Assembly (NCBI RefSeq): GCF_001194135.2
Contig: NC_068982.1
Span: 87,713,698-87,766,129 of the forward strand
Source: Octopus bimaculoides
Lineage: Eukaryota
Reading direction: 5' to 3'
DNA length: 52,432 bases
The translations under genes were made by a program, and so were the position numbers. Positions 12,441-25,300 of this stretch are shown in pieces. A model generated the notes under the pieces. That model made no database searches and was not told the origin of the DNA. It was given only the letters and a program-made list of their open reading frames with translations. Within the stretch, counting starts at the first letter, position 1, and every line of letters begins with the position of its first letter.

Positions 12441-15185
12441 TCATCATTTAACGTCCACTTTCCATGCTAGCATGGGTTGGACGATTTGACCGAGGACTGG
12501 TGAACCAGATGGCTGCACCAGGCTCCAATCTGATCTGGCAGAGTTTCTACAGCCGGATGCCCTGCCTAACGCCAACCACCCCAAGAGTGTAGTGGGTGTT
12601 TTAAGTGCCAGTCAGGTGGTACCGGCAACGGCTATGCTCAAAATAGTGTTTTTTTACATGCCACTGGCACAGGAACCAGTCCAGCAGCACTGGCAATGAG
12701 GTGCTTGAATGTTTTTTCATGTGCCACCAGCACAAGTGCCAGTAAGGCGACGCTGGTAACGATTCTGCTCAAATAGTGCTATTTACGTGCCACTGGCACG
12801 GAAGCCAGACAGCTGCACTGGCAATGATCACACTCAGACGGTGCTGTTAGCGCTTCACTGGCACAGGTGCCAGTCATTGAATTTGGTTCAATTACGATTT
12901 CGATTTCACTTGCCCCAACAGGTCTTCGCAAGCAGAGTTTAGTGTCCAATGAAGTAAAGGTACGAATAAGTGGGGTGGCTACACCCCTGGCAGCGGCCAC
13001 GGATTATGGTCTCACTTGGCTTGCCAGGTCTTCTCATGTACTGCATATTTCTAAAGATCTCAGTCACTAGTCATNNNNNNNNNNNNNNNNNNNNNNNNNN
13101 NNNNNNNNNNNNNNNNNNNNNNNNNNNNNNNNNNNNNNNNNNNNNNNNNNNNNNNNNNNNNNNNNNNNNNNNNNNNNNNNNNNNNNNNNNNNNNNNNNNN
13201 NNNNNNNNNNNNNNNNNNNNNNNNNNNNNNNNNNNNNNNNNNNNNNNNNNNNNNNNNNNNNNNNNNNNNNNNNNNNNNNNNNNNNNNNNNNNNNNNNNNN
13301 NNNNNNNNNNNNNNNNNNNNNNNNNNNNNNNNNNNNNNNNNNNNNNNNNNNNNNNNNNNNNNNNNNNNNNNNNNNNNNNNNNNNNNNNNNNNNNNNNNNN
13401 NNNNNNNNNNNNNNNNNNNNNNNNNNNNNNNNNNNNNNNNNNNNNNNNNNNNNNNNNNNNNNNNNNNNNNNNNNNNNNNNNNNNNNNNNNNNNNNNNNNN
13501 NNNNNNNNNNNNNNNNNNNNNNNNNNNNNNNNNNNNNNNNNNNNNNNNNNNNNNNNNNNNNNNNNNNNNNNNNNNNNNNNNNNNNNNNNNNNNNNNNNNN
13601 NNNNNNNNNNNNNNNNNNNNNNNNNNNNNNNNNNNNNNNNNNNNNNNNNNNNNNNNNNNNNNNNNNNNNNNNNNNNNNNNNNNNNNNNNNNNNNNNNNNN
13701 NNNNNNNNNNNNNNNNNNNNNNNNNNNNNNNNNNNNNNNNNNNNNNNNNNNNNNNNNNNNNNNNNNNNNNNNNNNNNNNNNNNNNNNNNNNNNNNNNNNN
13801 NNNNNNNNNNNNNNNNNNNNNNNNNNNNNNNNNNNNNNNNNNNNNNNNNNNNNNNNNNNNNNNNNNNNNNNNNNNNNNNNNNNNNNNNNNNNNNNNNNNN
13901 NNNNNNNNNNNNNNNNNNNNNNNNNNNNNNNNNNNNNNNNNNNNNNNNNNNNNNNNNNNNNNNNNNNNNNNNNNNNNNNNNNNNNNNNNNNNNNNNNNNN
14001 NNNNNNNNNNNNNNNNNNNNNNNNNNNNNNNNNNNNNNNNNNNNNNNNGATAGTGGAAGCTATCAACTACTTCTAGTTTTTCTCCCTGGAATGTGGCAAT
14101 AGTTGTTTTCTGCACATTTTCAGTGTTTATTGTTCCTGAGCATCTGCCACATACAAAAAATATCTTGCTAGTTAGCCTTCCTTTGATATTGCTGCACCTC
14201 TTATGTGTCCATAGCTTACACTGGGTGCATCTTATAAAGTTTCTACCTATGCCTTTTCTACAAATCGAGCAGGGCCATCTACCTGAAGGGGTTTGTATTT
14301 TGTCTACCTTCCTACTTATTAGGACTTTGGTTTTAGCTAGGTTGACTCTAAGGCCCTTCTTGCTTCCACACCTGAAATTTCTCCTCTAGTTCTGATAGTG
14401 ACTCAGCAATAAGGACAAGGTCATCAGCATAAAGGAGCTCCTAAGAGCATCCTGTCTTGAATTCCTGTGTTATTGCCTGGAGGACTATGATAAATAGGAG
14501 GGGCTGAAGACTGAATCTTGGTGGACCCCTACCTCTACCCAGAATTCTTCACTGTACTCGTTGCTAACCCACACTTTACTGACAGTGTCCCTGTACATGT
14601 CTTGCACAGCTCTCACTAACCATTCATCTATCCCTAGTTTCTTCATTGACCACCAGATAAAGGAGCAGGGGACCCTGTCAAAGGCTTTCTCCATGTCAAC
14701 GAAAGCCAGGTACAGAGGTTTGTCTTTGGCTAGGTATTTCTCCTGCAGCTGTCTTACCAGAAATATAGCATCAGTAGTGTTTTTCCCTGGCACGAACCCA
14801 AACTGCATCTTATCTAAACTGATTCGCTCCCTAATTAGTTGGGCTATGACCCTCTCCATGACCTTCATTACTTGGTCCAACAGCTTGATACCTCTGTAAT
14901 TATTTGTATCTAAAGCGTCACCTTTACCCTTGTAGCAGTTGACTATGGTGCTGCTACACCAGTCATTGGGTATGACTCCTTCGTGTATCACCTGGTTAAC
15001 TATACGGGTGACTAGGCTATAGCCAGCACTGCCAGATATTTTGAGCATCTCAGCAGTGATTCTTGATGGGCCAGGGGCTTTCCCTGTCTTCATACTCTTA
15101 ATTGCTTTATCTACCATGGTACTGTCAACTTGGATAGCTGGTCCCTCTGTTGGGTCGACATTCAGCAGACTCTCTTTCTTCCATT
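12441..15185 (-). mobile_element. RTE-clade LINE, 5'-truncated, with RT remnant and 3' UTR (spans N gap)
   Basis: ORF 14485-15117: KAPGPS, NNYRGIKLL, MQFGFVPG..TTDAIF, FVDMEKAFDRVP, VGVHQ. 3' tail at 12441. Confidence 0.92.
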
Positions 15186-16439
15186 AATTCTCTTTATTGA
15201 GCAACCTTTTATAGTGGTTGCTCAATAAAGAGAATAAAGTTTTATAAAAAGATTAAAAAGTATGGAAGACCCTACACACAAAAAACTATGTCCCATTACG
15301 TCCATTTATGCGGGAGCTCTGGGCAAAATGTTATAGTGCATGACCACCCTTGGGACATAAGTGATGTGTATGTAAGATTTGGAGAAAATCAGTGGAGAAT
15401 TGTGGAAATGTATGTGTTAGTCATTATACATGCACATACTGTGATTTATATATACTAGATTATTAATTATATTACCCTGCAATTTACAAATATTTCTCTT
15501 TTAAAAGTGTTTTCTATTAACACAAAATTAAAATAAAATAAAATAGTAATAATAAAGGTTAATTATATACATTAACCTTGGGAATACAACAAAATCAGAA
15601 TCTGGTAACTGCCTCAAGGTCCACAGAGGGTCACATGATCATGCTTGTCTTTGTAATGTTGGCTGTCTTGTTCAGTGATCCACTGAGAAGTGAGTGCAAC
15701 AGTGCTCACTTAGCATCAAGCATGCAAACAACACACACGGTAACATTGTAACTTTGTAAGTTGATTCCTGTTTGTTTTTAATCTCTCCTTTCCATTTTCA
15801 TGACTCTAACAACAAATAACGTAATTAATGTTTCATAATTTTGTGAACTGGTAGTGCTAATGAAATGATATGAAACTCATAAAAATGGCTAAAAAGTGTA
15901 TAGTGCTGCTTTTAGCAACGCATGTATATTCTGATTATTAGTTTTCACATGGTGATGGACTGGTGGCAATAACTAAGTTTGTATTTCATTCTGTAATTTA
16001 TGTGGTGCTGGTGATGTCCCCACATGCATTATTTTGTATGTGGTACTGTAATGGTGGTAGTGATACAGTATCCTCACCACTGATTTTTCCAATTGTATAC
16101 ATGGTGTATACAATCTTACTGTTAGTATTGTTTCATTTTGAAAAATAAAAATTTATTTTATGGTTTATTATTGTTTATATTTTAAATTACATATAAGTGC
16201 TTAGGTCTTCTATGGGTCTTAATCCGGCCCTGGTTAGCAGTAATGTTGTCAACAAATCTCCTCAAATTTTTGTTAGGATTCTTGTAGAATTTATCATTGC
16301 ACTTTTCTGCAGGTTGACCATGTGAATCTCAGGTCCAATTTCCTTCAGTATGAATCTCAATTTCAATATCCTTCAAAACCATTCCACACATGTTCATATA
16401 GTACTTGAGCATTGTTAACTTGTGGAATTATGTTAAACA

Positions 16440-16950
16440 GCTGCTATCATGTGTAGAACAGATCTGGAAGAACATCCCCATCACTTTCCTTTTGTCAAGA
16501 AGGTTTAGGCTGTTTTCTCAGATGAACAATTTCCTCTTTGGCCAAGCCCTCACTGACTTTCTAAAATTCCATTTGAAAAGAGGAAGTTGAGGGTTGAAAG
16601 GGATGTGCTGCCCTCCCCCCACCCCCAGAGTAAATTGGCTGAAAGATGGGTGAACGTGATGAGGATAGCCCGAGAAAGTGACCAACTCTTAGCTTGCATT
16701 TTTAGGCTGAGGAGTATGGAGGAGGGAGAAGCATTTGCCATGGTACTCCAGTGAGTAGGGTAACCTGGGATCTGTGGGGTTCCTTGATTGCCCCTGGGTG
16801 GTATTTCCACCTATTGGATAGTTTGTTTTTTAGAATTTTCTTGTTATTTTTTTTTCATTGTTCACATGTTTTCTATGTAAATTCCCAATGTCTTTTGTCT
16901 GTGTATTCTCATAAATATCTTTGTGACCCTTGTGGCAAATAAAGAAAGAA
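16440..16950 (+). mobile_element. Possible 3' end of an L1/Tx1-like LINE
   Basis: Stop-interrupted frame (KRKLRVERDVL..KLAERWVNVMR), then a T-rich stretch and aaataaagaaagaa end. Family assignment is weak. Confidence 0.3.
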
Positions 16951-17200
16951 TTATTATTATTATTATTATTATCATCATCATCATCATCATCATTATCATT
17001 ATTATTATTAAGATGATGGTTAAGTAGGAAAATTAAAATATTGGACTAAATGTAGAGCTCTGCCAATTACCATCTACTACCTTTCAAAAGTTATATCAAA
17101 ATCATTTAGGAACTTGTAAAACACACTGAAAAGAAAATATAGTCTGAATTTTAAGTGATCCAGACAATATTCTAAAACTACTTACAAATCTTATTCTTAC

Positions 17201-17752
17201 CTTGAAAATACGTGTTGCAAGACGGCATTGAAGCTCAGAAATTGGCAGAAGTGCTCCAATAGGTTGTACAAAACCAATTAAAGCCAAAGTGGGCTTTTCA
17301 AGGTCAGGTGGGAAAAGGTATTTGAATAAATGAAAATTATTTTTTTCTGTATCAAGAATTGATTTTGCAATGAAAGGTATTTTAATGTCATAACCAGTTG
17401 CAAGAATTATTGCATCAATGTCATCTTCGAAAGTGCCATCAACAAACTGAATTCCATTCTCTGTTATTTCTTGAACATCTGGCTTTATTATTACAGAATG
17501 CGAAATTATTTTGTTTGGAAGGAAATCATTTACTGTCGGGTGCTGGCTTTGAAATGAATGTTTAGGTTTTATTGAATATAGTGCATGGTCGAAACGTTGA
17601 TTCAGTTTCCATTCAGTGAATGCATTGGAAACTGATGGTAATAATTTCTGTATGGTGTAAAAAAATCTTTTCTGAAAGGACATATCTATAGGATAACCTT
17701 TCTCTGCCACTCGATTGATTACCCATGCTCCATGTCTTGTACTTAGATATGT
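17201..17752 (-). CDS. FMO5-like: FMO coding exon 3 (codons 212-395)
   Basis: tttcag|ACA acceptor and AAG|gtaag donor, 552 nt. TYLSTRHGAWVINRV, SQHPTVND, ILATGY, IGFVQPIGALLPISELQ. Confidence 0.95.
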
Positions 17753-18060
17753 CTGAAATATAATGGAATGTCAGTTTAAAACATCAAAGATTAGAAATTA
17801 CATCATATCTATATAATCTTATATTCATACAAATTTCAAGAGAGTATAGCAATAAGTCATTTTCAACTAAATCAAATTCATATATTGTTAACAACACCTC
17901 AACAAAGTACAAAGGTAAGTGATTTCAAGACACTTCGTCTAAAAATATCAAAACTACCTTTCAGAATCAGCTTCCTTGCTTTTCACATTTATCTCCTATA
18001 CATACTATTTCACTGAACCCAACCTTCATTCGGTATATGTGCTATTTCACATTATCCTGA

Positions 18061-18149
18061 ACGCCTTCCGGTTTCACCAGTCCTCAGTCAAATCGTCCAA
18101 CCCATGCTAGCATGGAAAGCGGACGTTAAACGATGATGATGATGATGAT
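18061..18149 (+). mobile_element. RTE 3' tail-only insertion
   Basis: ccaacccatgctagcatggaaagcggacgttaaacgatgatgatg. Confidence 0.85.
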
Positions 18150-19140
18150 TCACCTTATATATATGCTATTTCACTGACCTGAACATTCATCCTTTCAGTA
18201 ACTTAACATTCATTCTCTACATGTGCTATATCACCAACAAGCTTAACCTTCATTTCCTGTGTATTCACTGTTTCACTGACCTCCAAAGATATGCTACTTT
18301 ATTGAGTTCAAGGTAAATAACTAGAATCAAAATCTGCTGGAAATATAATTATTCCTGCTTGGTAATACATAACTAGGATATCAACAAGACAGTTTGGACT
18401 GAAAGTTCTTCATTGTTTCACTTTACAAAAACAAAAAGAATACATTTTTGATAGTCTGATAATAAACTTTGAGAACTTTAATTCTCAACAACAAAATCAT
18501 TAACGAGCAAGTATATTGTGGAGTAATTAATAATATGTATTTACCTGGCACATGATTTGATTTATATTAATGTGTTTATTATAACTAGTAGTGGTGTAAT
18601 GGTTCTTTGCCTTTCAAAGAATCAATCTGGGTTCAACTCCTGGCTGACCCAACCTAATAATGTTATCAATAACATCTGGCTGAGCAAACATTTGTTGAAG
18701 AACATTTCAGCTAAGACCAGTCCATCTCATTTTCATACATAGTGTGTCTAGGACTACATTATTTAATGTTTCCATTTTTCAAGGCAGTAGAGTGTGAGAT
18801 GAGGTTGTTTGGTTGCTTTTTCAAGCAGGTCAAGTATAGAGGTTCTCTAGTTAGCTTGGTGCAGTAATATTTTGTGATGGGTGATGCTCCAGCATGGGTA
18901 CATCCAACTGGCTGCAATCAGTAAAAGAGAATAAAAGGATATTTGTGCTAATGTTCATTAAACATATGCACCTCTTAGCACCTGACTTTATTCTAGTCTT
19001 GTCAATGTCTATGTTCAAAAATAACAGTCTTACAGATTTTACATCTCAAACAATGTTCAAATGACATTAATCAACAATTATAGAATATGTAATAGCTACT
19101 TTTGATGGCCACCCTATATCTAAAACACTTTTAGTCAACA

Positions 19141-19174
19141 TCTGGTGGCCAGCCTATATAGGCTGGCCACCAGA
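19141..19174. repeat. Perfect 34-bp palindrome
   Basis: tctggtggccagcctat|ataggctggccaccaga. Confidence 0.95.
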
Positions 19175-19227
19175 ACATCTAGGTAAAAAGAATCAATATA
19201 CATTTCAGTAGAACACAATATTGACTT

Positions 19228-19421
19228 ACTCTTTTACTTGTTTCAGTCATTTGACTGCAGCCATGCTGGAGCACCGCCTTTAGTCGAGCAAATCGACAGC
19301 AGGACTTATTCTTTGTAAACCTAGTACTTATTCTATCAGTCTCTTTTGCCAAACCGCTAAGTTACGGGGACGTAAACACACCAGCATCGGTTGTCAAGCG
19401 ATGTTGGGGGGACAAACACAG

Positions 19422-19452
<31 letters not shown>

Positions 19453-19628
19453 CATATACACATATACGATGGGCTTCTTTCAGTTTCCGTCTACCAAATC
19501 CACTCACAAGGCTTTGGTTGGCCCAAGGCTATAGTAGAAGACACTCGCCGAAGGTGCCACGCAGTGGGACTGAACCCGGAACCATGTGGTTGGAAAGCAA
19601 GCTACTTACCACACAGCCACTCCTGCGC
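19228..19628 (-). mobile_element. Near-complete tRNA-derived CORE-type SINE with CR1/L2-like tail; related copies 24330-24720 (-), 26585-26780 (+), 31455-31957 (-)
   Basis: Minus strand: ggcgcaggagtggctgtgtggtaag..ggttcagtcc head, CORE-like gcaccttcggcgagtgtcttctac, microsatellite spacer, tail ggcggtgctccagcatggc..gaaacaagtaaaagagtaa. Confidence 0.8.
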
Positions 19629-19714
19629 CTACTTATAAAAAATATTAATGCTAAAGCAGTAGAACATGGTATTGACTTGTAAAAATTGTTTAATATACTT
19701 CATAGTATATTATG

Positions 19715-21635
19715 GTTAGGGGTATCAAACTGCTGGATCAGGTGATGAAGGTCACGGAGAGGGTCATAGCCCAACTAATTAGGGAGAGAGTCCACTTAGA
19801 TGAGATGCAGTCTGTGCCAGGTAGAAGCACCACTGATGCCATATTCCTGGTATGGCAACTGCAGGGGAAATACCTAGCCAAAGATAAACTCCTATACTTG
19901 GCTTTTGCAGACTTGGAGAAAACCTTTGAGAGGGTCCCCTGATCCCTTATCTGGTGGGCGATGTGGAAACTGGAGATTGACAAATGGTTAATAAGGGCTG
20001 TACAGGCCCTATACAGAGATGCCGTTAGTAAGGTTAGGGTTGGCAATGAGTATAGTGAAGAATTACGGGTAGATGTAGGGGTCCACCAAGGATCAGCCTG
20101 TAGCTCCCTCTTATTCATCATAGTCCTCCGGAATTCAAGACAGGTTGTTCCTGCGAGCTCCTCTATGCTGATGACCTGGCCCTCATAGCAGAATCACTAC
20201 CATAACTAGAGATAAATTCCAGTCGAAGGGCCTTAGAGTCAATATCACAAAGACCAAAGTTCTAGTAAGTAGGAAAGCGAACACATCACACATCCCTTCA
20301 GGTAGGTGGCCTTGCTCAATCTGTAGAAAAGGTGTAGGTAGAAACTACATAAGATGTACCCAGTGTAAGCTATGGACGCATAAGAGGTGCAGCAACATCA
20401 AAGGAAGATTAACCGGGAAGATAGCTTTCCTGTGAGTCAGATGCACTGGAGCAATAAACACCACAGATGCTCAGAAAATAGATTCCATCATATGCCAGGG
20501 GGATAAACTAGTAGTTGATAGTTTCCACTACCTAGGAGACCAAGTCAGTAGTGGGGGTGGATGCTCAGAGAGCGTTACCACTAGAATAAGAATTGCCTGG
20601 GCAAAGTTCAGACAGCTTCTACCCCTACTGGTGACTAAGGGCCTTTTGCTCAGAGTGAAAGGTAGATTGTATGATGCATGTGTGTGAACTGCTATGCTTC
20701 ATAGCAGTGAAACATGGGCCATGACTACTGAAGACATATGTAGGCTTGAAAGAAATGAAGCTAGCATGATCCGTAGGATGTGTAATGTCAGTGTGCACAC
20801 ATGACAGAGTGTAAGTGCTCTGAGAGAAATGTTAGACATAAGAAGCATTGGATGTGGCGTGCAAGAGAGACGTTTGAGTTGGTATGGTCATGTACTACGG
20901 ATGGATGAGGAGAGCTGTGTGAAGAAGTACCACTCTCAAACAGTGGAAGGAATCCGGGATAGAGAGAGACCCAGGAAGACATAGGATGAGCTGGTGAAGC
21001 ATGACCGTCAAACATGAGTCTCACAGAGGAAATGACGAAAGACAGAGACCTCTAGAGATATGCTGTGACTGAGAAGACCCAGCAAATAAAGTGAGATCAC
21101 AGCTATAACCTACACCAGTGTCGCATAACCAGCCAACTCAAAAGTACCCTTGGATTATAGGATGACATGTCATGCTTGAAGAGACCTACTGAGTCAAGTA
21201 CATCACATAAAATAAAATAAAATCACAATCAAATGGAAATTGTAGTTGTGGTCCCCATGCCAGTGGCACATGAAAAGCACCATCTGAACATGGTCAATGC
21301 CAGCCCCCTTGCTCTGACTGGTTTCTGTGCCGGTGGCATGTAAAAAGCACTATCCGAACATGGCCAATGCCAGCACTGCCGTGACTGGCTCCCATGCCGG
21401 TGGCATGTAAAAAGCACCATCCAATCATGGTCGATGCCAGTCCCCCTCTGGCCCTCGAGCCAGTGGATTGTAAAAAACACCCACTACACTCTCGGAGTGA
21501 TTGTCATTCGGAAGGGCATCCAGCTGTAGAAACATTGCCAGATCAGACTGGAGTCTGGCGCAGCCTCCTGGCTTTCCAAACCGTCCAACCCATACCAGCA
21601 TGGAAAACGGACATTAAACGATGATGATGATGATG
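19715..21635 (+). mobile_element. RTE-clade LINE, 5'-truncated, RT to 3' tail
   Basis: RGIKLLDQVMKV, FADLEKTFERVP, VGVHQG, YADD-like ctatgctgatgac, 3' UTR repeats and (GAT)n tail. Confidence 0.92.
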
Positions 21636-22341
21636 TTTTAAAGAGCAAAACAAAATAGACATTTTAGTTTGTTTTAGCTACCATAGCTAAAGCCGAAGTA
21701 AAATATTGCTTTCTGAACACTGCCTCTAAGTAAGATTTGGATAGATACTATAACTGTAATCAACTTTAATCTGATTTTAATTTTTTTAGTTATGTTATTC
21801 ATCATGACTGAAGCCAGACTGAAGTGTTGCTTTTAAGTAATAACCATACTGAAACTCAATAAATACATAAATAAATAAATACATACATACATACATCAAG
21901 GATATGAAAGGTATTGGTATTGTTTCCCTCTCTTGATTTCTTTTTATCTCCTTCCCTTTTTCTTCCCATTCTCTCTTCCTGTTTTTGATTTGACCCATCT
22001 CCTCTTTCTAATCATACACATCTCTCCTCCCTCTATCTATCCATTAACACTATCAACACAGTTGAATTCACACCAAAAAGACCCCTCGATCAACCAACAC
22101 TGTTTACAAGGCTCTATACTTGGAATGACCAAATATAACCACCATTGGAACTCACAGACCAGGTACAAGAAAATTTCTCCACCAAAAAAATTGTTCACCA
22201 CTTATATACACCATTCTACTTCAATAATGGAACTGCAAATACAATATCCTTATGTATTTTACTTCTATATCCATTCACTTACTTCCCTCTGTATTTCATA
22301 TCTTCTCTACAATAATTAGTACTCAAACATTCATTCTCACT

Positions 22342-22389
22342 GTCTCTGATGAAGGGATATATAAAATATCCTGGAAACAGCTGTAAGAC
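22342..22389 (+). ncRNA. Minimal type I hammerhead ribozyme motif (Penelope-type)
   Basis: GTCT-CTGATGA-A-GGGATAT(ATAAA)ATATCCT-G-GAAA-CAGCTG-TA^AGAC. Stem I GTCT/AGAC, palindromic stem III ACAGCTGT, GUA triplet; A.G apposition at the base of stem II. Confidence 0.72.
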
Positions 22390-22454
22390 CTTTTCTTGAT
22401 AAATGTTATGAAATCTATTTACTGCCTTGTTTTTTTTTTTTATCTCACTATGTC

Positions 22455-22493
<39 letters not shown>

Positions 22494-22569
22494 GCGCATT
22501 ATTATTATCTATATGATAAGTAGTAGCCATATTAATGTTATATAATAACTCTTGTACTATAAACCAACA

Positions 22570-22900
22570 GTCTTTTCTCTTTTCTTACTGGGTGTGGAGG
22601 AAGTGGAAGTGTCTGGTTTTCACAGGCCTTTGTAAACTGTTGAAATTGATACCATTAATATTACCCTTGAACCTTTCCTGTTAGAAAGACATGAGTAGGG
22701 AGAGAATTCCAGATAGCAGATTTTTGGGGAAAGAAAAATTGAGCAGTGTAATTAGTGCAGGGCTGGGTACGGTGTCAAGGCACACATGTCAAAAGGGATA
22801 AGAGGAGAAGTGATACAAGAATGCCTGAGTGGAGAAAGCATCAACCCAGTCAACTCCAAGGAGTAGAGACCCTAATAGTTTCAATAGAAAAGACACATTG
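22570..22900 (-). mobile_element. CR1/L2-type LINE 3' remnant
   Basis: Minus-strand frame FFFPQKSAIWNSLPTHVF, typical of the end of CR1/L2 ORF2. Confidence 0.55.
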
Positions 22901-23021
22901 ATGCCATACCTTAACAGCTATACCGAATATACTGTATTTGATAGCATGAATAACATATGATCATACCAAACGTACCCCAATTTCAGTAGCATATATTTAG
23001 GAAGAAAGAGATTTTGGTGTA

Positions 23022-23250
23022 TCAACCCTTTTGTTACTGAATACCTACTAAAATACACTGTTTGTTTTGATTAATTTTGATAATAATTAAGAATTAAAAA
23101 AAATAACTTGATCATTATTAAAATGGAGTTTGGAACATAAATTAACATGAAATTCTTATAGAAATTTTTAATTTAGTTCACTTAAAAATAAGAAGTTTGC
23201 ACCGTAGATCCAGAGGCAGTTTTAGGCAGTTTGGTATCAAAAGGGTTAAA
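23022..23250. mobile_element. piggyBac-like MITE
   Basis: Ends caacccttttgttac / ggtatcaaaagggttaa; body similar to 10128-10335. Confidence 0.65.
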
Positions 23251-23260
23251 GTATATAATA

Positions 23261-23453
23261 CGAGGGGGAGCTGGAAAGTCTCTGGCTTTCGGTAAAATTA
23301 GAATTTTATTCAACATATTCCTCTCTCAGATTCACACACTTATTGCAGTGGTCCTTCAGTTTTTCTAAGCTCTGTTAAAGAACTTGAAAGATTAGGCCTC
23401 CAACCTAGTCTTTCGAGATACCCTTAAAGCCAGGAACTTTTCAGCACCCCTCG
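23261..23453. mobile_element. 193-bp mariner MITE
   Basis: TA-cgagggggagctggaaagtctctggcttt ... aaagccaggaacttttcagcacccctcg-TA. Confidence 0.85.
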
Positions 23454-23736
23454 TATAGGTCCAACTTCACACAAAGGACCTGGGGGGATTTCTGGAGAAA
23501 AAGAGCATCTAACAGGCCATAAAATATGATATATGTTAACCCCTGTATTATGAGTAACAACCATATTGGTACAAAGGCCGTAATATCCCTATGACTGTAA
23601 TATCAATAGGGTTGTGGTTTATGTGGCAGTTGGTTTTACAGTGTTTTCCTTTTGTGGAATATTTTTCGACTTTCACAGAAATATTTCTCTCTCATATACA
23701 ATGATGATGAAATAAGTCAATAATGGTGATATGGAA

Positions 23737-23950
23737 GGTGGTGAGCTTGCAGAATCATTAGCATACCAGGCAAAATGCTTAGTGGCATTTCATCTGTCTT
23801 TACATTCTGAGTTCAAATTCTATCAAGGTCAACTTTGCCTTTCATCCTTTCGGGGTTGTTAAAATAAGTATCAGTTGAACCATGGAGTTGATGTAATCAA
23901 TTTATCTTCTCTTCCCCAAATTATTGGCCTTAAGCCAAAATTTTAAATCA
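23737..23950 (+). mobile_element. tRNA-derived SINE (aaggcggcgag family)
   Basis: gaaggtggtgagcttgcagaatcattagc..gagttcaaattc..gcctttcatcctttcgggg. Confidence 0.75.
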
Positions 23951-24722
23951 ATAATGAAAATAAGGATAAATTCTAAAACATTTTGATTCTACACTTCTGA
24001 AATATGTTGAAAAGTAGAACAATTTAATGCTGATACTGGAATGATTTTTCATGGCTTTGTGATTTTTAGAACAAATGCTGTATTCTTTCCTTATACTATT
24101 GTGCTCAGTGGCAGAGTACAAGGAGAGGGTCAAGAGAACCTGTTTACTCTTCTGAGGCCACAGGAACATCTCTAATGCAGGTGTCAAAATAAAATGTACT
24201 CAGTACATTCCCTAATGTGGTTGGTGTTAGGAAAAGCATTCAACCACAGAAAGCAAGCCAAAATTGAAATGTATGAGTAAGATGTATGTATTTACTCTGT
24301 TGCTCTACCAAATTTTTGATCTTTTATCTATTACTTGTTTGAACTGTGGCCATGCTGGGGCACCACTTTGATGGATTTCAGTTGAGTGAATCCACAACCA
24401 GTATTTATTTTTTAAAGTCTGGTATATATTTTATTGGTCTCAATAACTATTAAGTTATGGGGATGAAAAACAAACCAACAGCACTTGTCAAGTAGTGATG
24501 AGGGACAAACAGACATAGACATGCACAGATACATACATAAACATATATATGACAGGCTTCTTTTAGTTTTTGTCTACTACCAAATCCACTCACAAGGCTT
24601 TGGTTGGCTCAGGGCTATAGTACAAGACATCTGCCCAAGGTATCACACAGTGGGACTGAACCAGGAACCATATGGTTGGGAAGCAAACTTCTCACCACAC
24701 AGCGCCACACCTATGCCTATGA

Positions 24723-25210
24723 CATCATCATCATCATTTAGTGTCTGCTTTCCATGCTGACACAGGTTAGATGGGTGCGTTTTACGTGCCAGTTATGTGA
24801 CACCAGCAAAGGCCATGACTACGATTTCACTTGGCTTCACTGGTCTTCTCAAGCATAGCATATTGCCAAAGGTCTTGGTCACTTGTCATTGCCTCTGTGA
24901 AGCCCAACATTCAAAGATCATGTTTCACCACCTTGTTCCATGTCTTCCTGGGTCTACCTCTTCCACAGGTTCCTTCCACAGTTAGAGACTGGCACTTCTT
25001 TACACAACTGTCTTCGTCCACATGCATCACATGACTATACCAGTGCAGTCAACTCTCTTGCACACCACATCAGAAGCCTCATATGCTAAGGTTTTCTCTC
25101 GAGATGCTTACACTCTGTTGTACATGCACACTGACATTGCACATCCAGTGAAGCATACTAGCTTCACTTCTTTCAAGCCTATGCATGTCCTCAGTGGTCA
25201 CAGCCCATGT
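24723..25210 (-). mobile_element. RTE LINE 3' portion with internal deletion
   Basis: catcatcatcatttagtgtctgctttccatgct tail joined to ORF-end sequence matching 20780-21100 and 44140-44470. Confidence 0.8.
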
Positions 25211-25300
25211 TTATCATTAAAACAAAAATTACGATTGTTTAAAAATTTCAAATTTTTTGAAAAAGATAAGTTAAAAGCTAATTATTAAAAAGGAAAATGT

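Noticed and set aside
12970-14115. Long ORFs across N runs (also 34009-35022, 36005-37127, 46222-47274, 29417-29980)
   Set aside because: Length comes from X translated from assembly gaps and microsatellites; no coding signal.
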